Below are positions 35,991-46,953 of a stretch of DNA of 64,000 nt, piece by piece. A program made the position numbers and the translations under genes. The first letter of the stretch is position 1. Every line of letters begins with the position of its first letter. The notes under the pieces were generated by a model. The model did no database searches, was not told the DNA's origin, and saw only the letters and a list, made by a program, of their open reading frames with translations. The DNA is from Azolla caroliniana. Taxonomy: Eukaryota > Plantae > Polypodiophyta. The stretch spans positions 25,296,001 through 25,360,000 of the forward strand of contig JBHGNT010000001.1 of NCBI GenBank assembly GCA_043228905.1, given 5' to 3'.

Positions 35991-37939
35991 TGGCGCTTAG
36001 ATATTTCTTCTGTACATATACATATCTAAAACCCCCTCCCCTCCTCTGTTTCTCTGTGTGTGTCTCTCTGTGTGTTGGTTGGGGACAAGAGAAGTAAGTT
36101 CACACTTTGTGCCATGACTTTGTATTTGTCTCCTCCTTCTCTTTCTCGTCCGCCCGCACAAATGATCATGGATTCTCTCCGATGCGAATATCACTTGCCC
36201 CCCCGCCCGCCCATTTACTGAGGTTTCAGGACCAAGGCTCTTCCTACATAAAAGCATGAGAATAACTCGTCTCCACATTTCGACATGCGGTGCACCAATC
36301 ACACCACCTCGACGCGCAACAATGCTTCGATTGTCCTTCGATGGACGAGGGACATGCATTGAGTTGTTTGGACCAACTTGGTTCCACACATTAAGTTGTA
36401 AAGAGCTTCCTTGGAATCGTCCCCAAAAGAAAGACATTTGTGTATGCTCACAAATAGCCCCATATTGCAAAACAAAATGCCAAGCATTTGGGTGGCACAA
36501 TCTGTGGTCTACTTCTACCACATGTTACAGCTACTAAACCCATAATTGCAAATATGTTTTTAAAAACACATTTATGTAGCTATCTTATGCACAGTTACCT
36601 TCAACAAATGTACCATTTGAAGAAATTGTAGGGATGAGATATGGTGGAGGGGATATCCTCAAGTGTGGATATAGAATGGAAGGGTATGAAATCTAAGGAG
36701 AGTTGGAAATTAACAATGGCAAGTGATGGGGAATGGAGGCACATAAGTATGCGATTTAAGGTCATGACATGCAAACCAAAGATTAGTTACAATGGAGGTT
36801 GTTTTCTGGTGTGGAACACCATAGATCGACTTGAAATATGGATACATGTATGGAGGCAAGATCAATGGTAAGAACATGAGGATGTTGCATGGAGTATGCA
36901 TTGAATATTATCTAGGAATAGTGAGATATCTTATATCAACAAGTTAGATTTAAAAAATTTTGCTGTGTTGCTTGTGCATTTGTTGAGCGGGGTGTATCTA
37001 ACGAACATCAAAGCAAGGGTGCATCCAAGTGTGATGAAGCCACAACTTAGGATAACATTAACTAGGATAATTGAGTGAGTTTCTCAATAGATTTTTCATT
37101 CAAGGCACAAATTTACTCTCTTTTTGTTTGAAGGTAGTGTTTTGACTATCTAAAATATTTGGTTTGCACACAGAAAGATGAGACAGAGATTATTGTTTGA
37201 TGATGTTTTCATGAACCCAGCCCTCAGCCTACCTCTGCCATAACTGATATGTAGCAACAAGCAAAATAACACGACTTACTACACTACACAGACCATGCAA
37301 GGATAAAAATAAATATTAAGGCTCACAGGTTGCTTTGTTGCTTGCTTTGCCTCAGACAGCCACATGTACATTCCCAACAGCCAGTTATTGTATTAGTTGA
37401 TTATGGCGATTATAATACCTCATATGTAAAATGGTCAATTAGATGAACGCATAATAGGTGAGAGTATTAACATTCAAGTATAACAAACACCAACCATAGC
37501 TAATAATATGTTAAGACAAAATTCCATTATATTTTTGCTAGCATATTAGCTTAATTTTGACAAATCTATGAAGAGCCATTCTTCAATTTAGAACAAGATC
37601 GACGCGACAGATGCAGCACTACCACTATTTGCGACCTAGTAAATTTGCAAAAAAACTTTATCCAAATTTATTGGAATTATAAATCCAGCTTAAAACAGAA
37701 TTTCTAAAATGGATAATATGAACATTCCTTAAGGACAAAAACACTACATACTTGTAACCTGTAAATGTAAAAAACCGCTCCAGAGGAAAAACTTCATCTG
37801 TCTATATTGTCAGGTTATTTCTTGTGCCATGTACAATGGTAACAGAACCCATCACTTTTAACATATATACATCTAACTCCTGATTCAGGGGATGTAGAAT
37901 CCTATATCATCCTACGAGCTCCTCCAAATAAACTCAAAT

Positions 37940-40243
37940 TTAGCGCTTTCCACCACCACCACCAAGTTTTGGGCCTTTGGGCATTGCAGCCTTACCAGCT
38001 GCACCTTTGGGAGCACCACCCTTGGACGATTTAGCCATAACCTCTGCTTTCTTTGCTTTCTTCTCATCCTTTGTCTTCTTGATACGTTCCTTGATTTCTC
38101 TGCGAACATGGAAAAGATATCTCACATCAAGGTAAATCATAGACTCCGAAGAAATTCAGGAACTGAACTTATAGGTTGGTTAAGCCAGCATTACCTCAAT
38201 GCTGCCTCACGAGCTGCAGCACGTACCTCCGTCTTCTCTGCCCGTTTCTTCTGGATTACCTCAAGAGAAGCACCCACAATGGATCGTGAGTACGGCTTGC
38301 TTGTAACCCTTCTCTTCTTCTTAACTGCTTCTGCATGGATATCCTGCAAAGACATCAAGAGAATGAAGATTGATTTTGTAATCTTGTATTAGCACAGGAA
38401 AAAGCAATTACCTTTTTGTGTTGCTTGCGGTAGAGTGCAGTCCAAGTAAGCTTTGCAGGTCTCAATCTATTGTGGAAATACCTTTTACATTTCGAATTAA
38501 GAAACAAAAACACCTGAAAAACAGAAGGTTATTGTTAACCGTGATGGGCGACAATGTGAAAGTACATGCAAAAATCTAAAGTAAGTTACAAGTAGTATAC
38601 CAAATCTGTACTTATACTGTTATATAGCACTTATATAAACTGCATATTTAAAGATGTAAACCCAAACATCCCCGTGCACCAGAGATATATCTCCATAATG
38701 TATTACGACATCAGAAATTCTAATTATTAAAAGTCTGCTCAGTCTTGAAATATTCAAATACATACAATACCAAAAAGCTTCCGTGAATTCCTGGTACAAG
38801 AACTTATACACTATATTAACCCATTATGGCTAATTCAGCAAGCTTGAAGCCTGACAATAAAGTATTTAGTGGATTTCCCCATATTTGGGGATTCGGGAAA
38901 GAGAAGTAAAATATTCAAACCAAATCATTTGCATAAATGATTAAAGGTAGCCACATTAAAATCACTACATTCCACATCTGGGGTCACAATTCAACGTGCA
39001 TAGGTGATCATCATAATGTTGTATCCTGTATCACAAAGAAGATCATGGTGCATCTATTCTTTTCTCTTCATATGCATTACTAACCCTAAACATGCACTAT
39101 TTGGTATCACAAAAAGAACTCTTTGATGAAATAACGAGCATCAACATGTCTTGGTACCTATATGGCTCATTCAGAAAGGAAGCAGAAGAAGGGAAGAATT
39201 ATAGATTATCATGTAGAGATTCCCATTGAAAAGCATGAATCACTTGACACAAAGTGGATCGCAAAATTCTCCTACCTTTCAACAATCATTAACACACCAC
39301 ATCCATAGACATATGCCATCCTGCATGACACAAATAGCTTGAACCGAGAATGGATAAGTTGGCAATAGCTTTAAACTATTATATAGAGGTAAGAAAGTTC
39401 ATTGTTGCAATTATCTGAGAGAGAACAGAAACATATCAGCATAACTAACATTGCAAGTACATGACATCTCTCCCCTACTCGTTTCCATCATCCATTTAAT
39501 GAGCATTTGAGAACTCTACATCATGACAGACCAAACAAAATTTCGATTTTCCGTATATAATACACTCCAGGTGATCGATATGAGGTGCATATCGATTATT
39601 CAAAATAGAGGTTCCACAAGAGGGATTCCTATAGGGAAGGGATGTCAAGGCAGGAGATCCTAATTGCATACCTTTCAACGTCACATGAGAAGCATGTAGT
39701 CACAGAAGACAAACCTGTGAGTCACTCCTCACAAAGCGTATGCCTCTTCCGGGGTAAATCTTCGAACCACTGAAACGGCAAATCTCAGTCCTGCGAACAC
39801 AAATAGAGCGAGCGAGAGAGAGAGAGAAACAGTTGAGTATGAGCACATAAACAAATGGATGCAGGAATTGGGGAGTGATAATCTGGCCTTAAAAAATCTT
39901 TGTTATCACGTTCTTGTCACGAAGATGACATGTGCAGCAACTACATGCAAATACGAACACACAGAACGGCTAGAGTTTATCGTATGCTCCGAATTATTAA
40001 TGAACTACTAGAATACTGATGATGATAATGGAGTATGGTGATGCTGCAGATATCGAACAAACTGCCCTGCAAGGTTTGCTAACAATTAAGCAAAAGCATG
40101 AAATGATGGATTCGATGCATTGCTAAACTCTCTCGATTTTGGCCTTAGAAGACGTTAATATATCTTTCTTTCTTTCTTTCTATCTATCTATCTATCTATC
40201 TCTATCTCTCTTTCTGCCTCCCTTCAACTTACTTGAGCACCAT
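37940..40243 (-). CDS. RPL24: 60S ribosomal protein L24 (eL24), 165 aa
   Basis: Exons (minus): 40243-40233, 39790-39715, 38513-38412, 38343-38195, 38099-37940; 498 nt in frame. [63 protein letters not shown]...[11 protein letters not shown]. Confidence 0.98.
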
Positions 40244-40334
40244 AACGAATCACCACGCAGCAGGGGAGAGAGGAAATTCAGAAAGAGAGGTCTGGAGTCG
40301 CTTTGGCAGACAGGAGAGGAGAGGCCTACAGACA

Positions 40335-40384
<50 letters not shown>

Positions 40385-40506
40385 ATGGAATAACAATAGA
40401 AAGGTGAGAAATTTGGTTTCGAACCCAAGACATAGGCAGTGGAGTGGTAGTAGTGAAAGAACTTACGACCACAGGGTAATCTATGTGTGAAGTGGAGGAG
40501 GGTCTG

Positions 40507-40512
40507 TGGGCC
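40507..40512 (+). promoter_or_regulatory. Site II-like element (TGGGCC) upstream of RPL24
   Basis: TGGGCY is the TCP-bound motif common in plant ribosomal-protein promoters; it lies ~265 bp upstream of the RPL24 ATG. A single hexamer, so support is weak. Confidence 0.4.
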
Positions 40513-40743
40513 TGGTCACTATTTGATACAGAAACATTAAATAGTGAGAGCCCGTGAATCTAGGGCTTGGACGGCCCTAAAGTCGTCTAGGGAATCCTAG
40601 ACGATCAGGGCCATCCAATATTGTTTCTCTAAATAAAAAGGAAAATAAAAAATAAAAAATAAAAAAATAAAAAATGCTATAGGAGAGAGAAAACGTTTGG
40701 GGGGGAATTTTTGAACATGTTGCTCTCTGTCTGTGTCTCGCGT

Positions 40744-40780
<37 letters not shown>

Positions 40781-40914
40781 TTCTCTGTCTCTGTGTTTCT
40801 CTGCGTGTTGCGTGCTCCATCTCTGTTTCTGTGTGCTCCCTCTTTGTTCCTCTCTCTCTCTCTCTCGCTGTGCATACTTCCATCGTGGGCGTGCATACTT
40901 CCATCGGTAAGAAA

Positions 40915-41268
40915 TTAGGTATTTTTCTGTTATTGTTTCCATTTTGGGCATGTTTGGGGTGTTTTGAATGAAGAGGTAGCAACGAACACTAGAGATTGAA
41001 ATATAGAAATTGATCACATGTTCATGATCTAATGATTTCTTGTAACATTTAGCATTAAGCTTTGATTTTGCGTTCTCCTTTCTCGTCTTTTTAGGTATTT
41101 TTTCTGTTATTCTTTCTATTTTGGTCATGTTTGGGGTGTTTTGAATGAAGAGGTAGCAATGGACACTAGAGATTGAAATATAGAAATTGATCGCATGTTC
41201 ATGATCTAATGATTTCTTGAAACATTTAGCATTAAGCTTTGATTTTGTGTTCTCCTTTCTCGTCTTTG
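40915..41268. repeat. ~176-bp tandem duplication inside the TIR element
   Basis: TTAGGTATTTTT(T)CTGTTATT...GTTTGGGGTGTTTTGAATGAAGAGGTAGCAA occurs at 40915 and 41091. Confidence 0.9.
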
Positions 41269-41468
41269 TCTTCACATTCTTTTGAGGTTGATTGGTTACA
41301 AGGAAAGAGTTATAACCATATTCTTCATCTTTCCTCCATTGATATGGTGATAAGATACGGTTATATCGAATGTGTTATTTATAATGTAATATTGGTTTGA
41401 TGTTTTTCCCCCCTTGTTTGTAATTGTAGGGTTAAATCAACCAAGGTGTTTGGGGCCATGATGAGTCT

Positions 41469-42122
41469 ATGTTTGCAACTATTTCTCTTGTTAAGGAGAC
41501 TTTGAGCAAATTTGAAGAGGCTCAACATTCTATCACTAAATCTAATGCTAATGTCACTAAGGAAAGAATGCTTACATTCTGTCATCAATTGATGTCTGTT
41601 ATTTCCCCTTCGATGCTAGATCTGCCTCAAAATGGGAGTATAGGCAATTTGCAACAAAATGGAAAGGAGAACCCCTTTGATAATTTGCCCATTGTTAGCT
41701 CTATAGTATCGTTTGAAGATATCGGAGTAGCTCCTATCAATAAGGATAAGGGTACAAGAAGGAATGGTTGGGGCATACAAGGATGTCGAAAGAGGGTTCG
41801 TCTACCAAGACGTACCAAGATTCGATGTATGCATTGTAATTCTTTGGTGCTAATATTGGGTAAAAACCAAACATCACATTGCAATCATTGTGATAGCATG
41901 TTGCCCTTAAATCATAATCATAGTGATATCTTGATTGCTATGAAAACTTTGAAGGGCCAACGTGTATTGATTTATGATGAGGTAGACTCCATAACAATTG
42001 CTACAATTGTGAATGTTCATTACCCAGATGTTGTGGGAGAACGATGGTTCACAATAATCAATAGCGATGGAGTATCTGTCACTAATATTTATGCTTCAAA
42101 AGTTAGAATTCTTGCAACATAG
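41469..42122 (+). CDS. Transposon-borne ORF of unknown function (217 aa) with a CxxC-x14-CxxC zinc ribbon and a beta-rich C-terminus
   Basis: Uninterrupted 654-nt ORF in AT-rich DNA with RCMHCNS...HCNHCDS; a polypyrimidine/AG acceptor at ~41429 suggests it is the last exon of a larger lost gene. Confidence 0.5.
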   Translation: MFATISLVKETLSKFEEAQHSITKSNANVTKERMLTFCHQLMSVISPSMLDLPQNGSIGNLQQNGKENPFDNLPIVSSIVSFEDIGVAPINKDKGTRRNGWGIQGCRKRVRLPRRTKIRCMHCNSLVLILGKNQTSHCNHCDSMLPLNHNHSDILIAMKTLKGQRVLIYDEVDSITIATIVNVHYPDVVGERWFTIINSDGVSVTNIYASKVRILAT

Positions 42123-42975
42123 ATTTGTTGTTTGAACAGATTTGTTCAAACTTTGGTGTAATTCAGTTTTGCCAGGTTTGATTCTCATTCCTAAATCCAT
42201 GTTTAAACTCATTCCTATATTCAAATTTGTGAATTGTTGATTGGTGACTTTGTTTGGTGCTTTTTGTAGGGTCCATGGACATGAGAAGAGGTTGATGCCT
42301 TTTTGCATCTAATGTGGTCGAGATTCTTCTCATCTGATATTTGACTAAGCTATGAACTTTTGTTCACGATAATAAATAGTGTTAGAACATTGTATCTTCA
42401 CTTTACCACATCTGTAAAAGTTATACTCAAACAATATATCTTTTTTGAATATATGATTCTTGTGGAAACGTGTGTTCCATTTGATTATGTATGTGCCTTA
42501 ATTGATTGTGGTATTTTTCAAAAAAGTCTAATAAAAAGTGTTGAATTAACAAGAGTGAAATTTGAACTGTGGGAAATTTGAATTAACAAGAGTGAAATGC
42601 ATCCGGAGTGTGAGATGGTGTACATTGTTTTGTAATATAGACCTATGATTTTGGGGAAATCTCAGATGCTTTTACAGTATGTATGATTGAGCATTGATAA
42701 ATGAATGAAGTGGGAATTTTTCTATGCACAATCTATTTTAAGCTTGATAAAGGCATCAAAAGTATGTGAGCTATATAGATTTGTTGAACACTTTTTGTAG
42801 AGCTAATATTGATCATATGTATAATTCTTATGAGTCAATGTGCCATTGTTTTGTAATATAAACCTATGATTTTGGGGAGATCTCAGATGCTTGTATTGGT
42901 ATGTACGATTGAGCATTGATAAATTTGTTGAAGTGTGAATTTTTCTATCGCATCTTCTAATGTAGAATATCTTGC

Positions 42976-43007
<32 letters not shown>

Positions 43008-45550
43008 CTTATATCCTTTGCCATTTGACGATTGATCCCATGGCCTAAACCAAGATCAATGCATCTCCAACTAATTTTTCCCTCTAAAGCCACCTTCCAC
43101 AATCTTAACATGAATAAGAATGCAAAAGATATGGAAGATTATGTACATTTCCTAAATGAGCTGCATTCTAAATGACTATATTCCACTGTATAGTGTAAAT
43201 AGGTATCAAAGTTTGCTATAGTGTAAACTTTAGCTCCCTTACTGTTCTCCTTTATAGTGTGCATATTTGAAGATATGATAACAGATTATGTGTGAGTAAA
43301 ATCCAAAATGGAGAGAATATGCTAAAATTCCATAGTTTTTTAAACCATTCACTTGCTTCTGTGTCCAAAATGGAAAAAACGTGTATGACAAAACTCTCAA
43401 ATACTGTTTGCTCTCATTTAGAGCAAAGACTGTTGGAAAATCAAAATACAAAATCAAAATATAAAAAATCAAAATAATAAAACAAAGTCAGTGTCTCCAT
43501 ATACAAAAACAAAATAATAAAACAAGGTTAGCAATTGGAATAGATCATATGTTGAAACCACTAACTTCTATTTCAAACTTCAAGATTAGAACTACAACAA
43601 AACGTTATAACTCAACATAACGTTTTATTGTAGTTGAGTGATAACTTTTTGTTGTAGTCATCACTTAACTACAATAAAACATAATGTTGAAACACAAACA
43701 AGAGAGGAAGAACATGGATGAGAGGGGGAGAGAAAAAGAAACAAGAGGAAATATAGGAGAGGGGGGCAGAGAAAGAGAAACAAGAGGAAGTAGATGAAAG
43801 GGGGAGAGAAACAAAAACAAGGGAGGAAGCTCACAGAGGTGAGGGAGAAAGAAACAGAAACAAGTGAGGGTGAGAGAGAGAGAGAGAGAGAGAAACAAGA
43901 GAGCAAGCACACAGAAGTGAGGGGGAGAGAAAGAGAAACAAGAGGGGGGAGAAAGAAACCGATTCAAATTTCCCCCAAAAAGGGGTTTTCTCTCTCTTTT
44001 TCTTTTTCTTTTCCTTGTTTTTTTATTTTAGTTTTTCTTTTTTATTTTTCAATTTTACTTTTCAGTTTTTTAGTATATGTAAATATAATTATCTGGACGG
44101 CCCTGATTATCTGACATTCCCCAAATCACTTGAGGACCGTCTAAGCCCTAGATTCACGGGCTCTCACCATTTAATGTTTCTGTATCAAATAGTGACGAGC
44201 GGTCTGTGGGCGTTGATCTGCCTTCTCATCCAACGCTCCATGTTCTCGTCGAATCTAGATTAGAAGGGACAAAGCCTTGGACAGTTTCCCCACACGTCCA
44301 ATGTTGGTGACATGACGGGATTGCAAAGGCGTGTTTTCATGGGCGAAGTGGCCATTTCGAAGCCTTTTTGCGGATGTTGTGTTTGCCGCCATGCATGCAT
44401 GAATTGATCACTGCATTGCCCATTGTCCCGAGTCACTTAGCTCTCTCTAGTGAGCCGATACACACTTTGCACTACCCACGTCTTCCCCCCTTAGGGCCAT
44501 AGCAATCCTTCAGGGCACAAAAGACAACGTAACTATTTTGGATTGTTAGGAAGTGAGCGGAATCAGTGCATTCAACTTCTAATCACATGCAAGTGGATTT
44601 GGGAACAAGTATTTGCGGCTACAACACCCTCTGAATAATTTCTACAAAGTAAATAAGGGATGCATGTTGAATGAAGTGCGAACACAGTTGTGTCGAATAT
44701 GAAAAGGCATTTAGGAGGAGGTATACACATGCACTTGTGAGGAGACATAAGAAATATGGTTTGAGGATCGACCAAGTGCCAACCAAAGGTACTCCACCGA
44801 AATGTTATGGCAACTCATCAACAACCTTTGATGATCTTTGAGCCATGTTGGGTGCTAGATCAATTTTCTATAAGCAATTTTACTTTAACTTGTCTTGGTC
44901 ATATATTTTATATTAGATGTTCAAATTAAGCATGCAAGTACTCAAAATGACCGCCTCAACTTGTTGTTTTAGAGAGTTTGTGAGGGGAGAGTTAGGAGCA
45001 GGAACATGATGCATCATGATGCAAGGAGGGCCTTGGGGGTTGAGTGTCACATCAAACATTAGCAAGGCTTCCTAGAGAGGGCGACCATTACGATTGTAAT
45101 CGTCTAAACCTAATGCGGGGCCAATGATTGGCGATCCCCCATATACATAATGGGCCAGGTTGTCTCGATCGGAGGCGAAACGTGGGAGGGGGCATCAACA
45201 TGGAGAGGGAGCTGGATGGATGGGCTGCTTGCCTGCCCTCCCTCCTTGGACTGGTGAATGTTGTTGGCAACACCCACCAAACCAAACCACGCAAACCAAG
45301 AGTGAATGATGTATGGACATATAGCATCTCAAGTTCAACTATATGTATGTTATGGACAATGGACATGTGCCCATCATAAACATACACACATACATTATTA
45401 CATACATAGACACCAACATACATACATACATGCACACACACATATACATACATACATACATACACACATGTCACACACATACATACATACATATTTGGCT
45501 GTGGTGGGCATGTCTGTCTCTGTCTCGCAGCTGTAGCTGTAGCTGCAGCC

Positions 45551-46953
45551 ATGGCCGAAGACACGACCTGGACTGTAGTGGTGCATAAGCGCAGAGCGAG
45601 ACACCCCGCCCCACCATCGCTTCCTCCTCCTCCTTCTGGACCATCCGTCCGTGGCACCGCGCCTCTGCTTCCTTGTTCGTCGCACACGCCATTGAAGGAG
45701 ACAGATTCCTGCTCCCCGGAGGAGACCGTGGAGGCGGAGAAATTGATCCTGAGAAAATTGAGGAGATCCATGGAGCGCGTTCAGAAATCAGAGTTCTTTG
45801 AGAGATTCCTGGAGCAGCTGCAAAACCCTTCTTCTGTGGGTATCGCTCACGTGCTTTCCCACTCGAACGAAGGTATGGCGACATCTTTTCATCGATATTC
45901 ATTGATCACCTGAAGGACTGGGAATATATATAACCCCTGCGGAATGTAACAGAAGGCAACATAGATCTTGCTGTCAGTATGGAAAAAACAGCAATTGGAG
46001 TGGTTGTGACGAAGGATCCGTATTGCACGGGGCAAGAAGGGCTGGCGAATTCACCATCAAAGGCAGCAGCAGCAGAAGTAGTAGTAGAAGACAACAATAC
46101 ACGCACATCATCAACAGGGGCAGAAGTAGTAGTAGAAGACAATAACTCATCCACATCATCAACAGGGGCAGAAGTAGTAGTAGAAGACAATAACTCATCC
46201 ACATCATCAAAGGGGGATGATTCAGAAGGACTAGACAAGAGCTCCCCTTCTTTGCCCTGCCAAGGGGAAAGAGAAAAGACGCCAACAACATTCTTATCAT
46301 CGAAGGCGCTCAATGAGAAGGGCTCCTCCTCACTTCTATCATCAGAGGGGGAAGGAGAAATGTCATCATCCAACGGGGTGATTGGAGATGGGAACCTGTG
46401 GCCACAAGATGGTGGGGTTGTGGTCCAAGGGAGTCACATGGATAAGGAATCCAAGGCGCAAATCGTGGTGTATGGTGTTGGTAGCATTGCTGAGTCAGAG
46501 ATATCCAGGTGCCAATTTGCTCTTGTTGTGCTACTTAAACAGATGTTCTCTTGGGTTGGACGCGTTGAAGTGTACGATCCTGTGCTGTCACCATCTGAGT
46601 GCAGAGTCATGGAGAGCATGGGTTGCCTGACGCTTGCCACTAACGAGGAGGGGCGGCGAACAATCTGCAGGCCTACAATTTTCTACATGCCTCACTGTGA
46701 AGATTGGTTGTATAATAATGTTTTAGAAGCCAATTGGATGCCTCAGAAGTTGAATCAACTGGTGGTTCTAGGAAATAGCTTCCGCAGTTATCATGAAGCA
46801 TGGTCGTCTTTTCAGGTATCCAGACTAAAAGCTCCCCCAACCTATGTGTTGGAATTCCATGAACTTGCTAAGGAAATCCCTCTTGAAGCCACATCTTCTT
46901 TCCAGCTTCCTGCATTTAACAACATGAGCTGGCATTTTATTTCAGCAACATGA
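45551..46953 (+). CDS. SRR1: SENSITIVITY TO RED LIGHT REDUCED 1 (SRR1-domain protein), ~440 aa
   Basis: Exons 45551-45872 and 45953-46953 (80-nt GT-AG intron restores frame; acceptor inferred). Motifs WTVVVHKRR, SMERVQKSEFF, IVVYGVGSI, SRCQFAL, VEVYDPVLS, NEEGRR, PTIFYMPHCE, LYNNVLEANW, VLGNSF, AFNNMSWHF. Confidence 0.9.
46072..46215 (+). repeat. In-frame 48-bp coding tandem repeat, 3 copies (AEVVVEDNNxxTSSTG)
   Basis: GCAGAAGTAGTAGTAGAAGACAA starts at 46072, 46120 and 46168. Confidence 0.95.

Larger units (their letters stand above)
40517..44194. mobile_element. Non-autonomous TIR DNA transposon with CACTA...TAGTG ends and long (~200 bp) imperfect TIRs
   Basis: Left CACTATTTGATACAGAAACATTAAATAGTGAGAGCCCGTGAATCTAGGGCTTGGACGG versus right CCGTCTAAGCCCTAGATTCACGGGCTCTCACCATTTAATGTTTCTGTATCAAATAGTG. 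Inverted similarity continues through A/T tracts to ~40715/43963 and mirrored CT/GA tracts. No transposase recognised inside. Confidence 0.9.

Noticed and set aside
40577-41275. 232-aa minus-strand ORF and other RERERE/SLSLSL/HTHTHT ORFs (for example 381-584, 43665-43967, 45088-45771, 50294-50854)
   Set aside because: Explained by microsatellites, tandem duplications or antisense shadows of real genes; no protein motifs.
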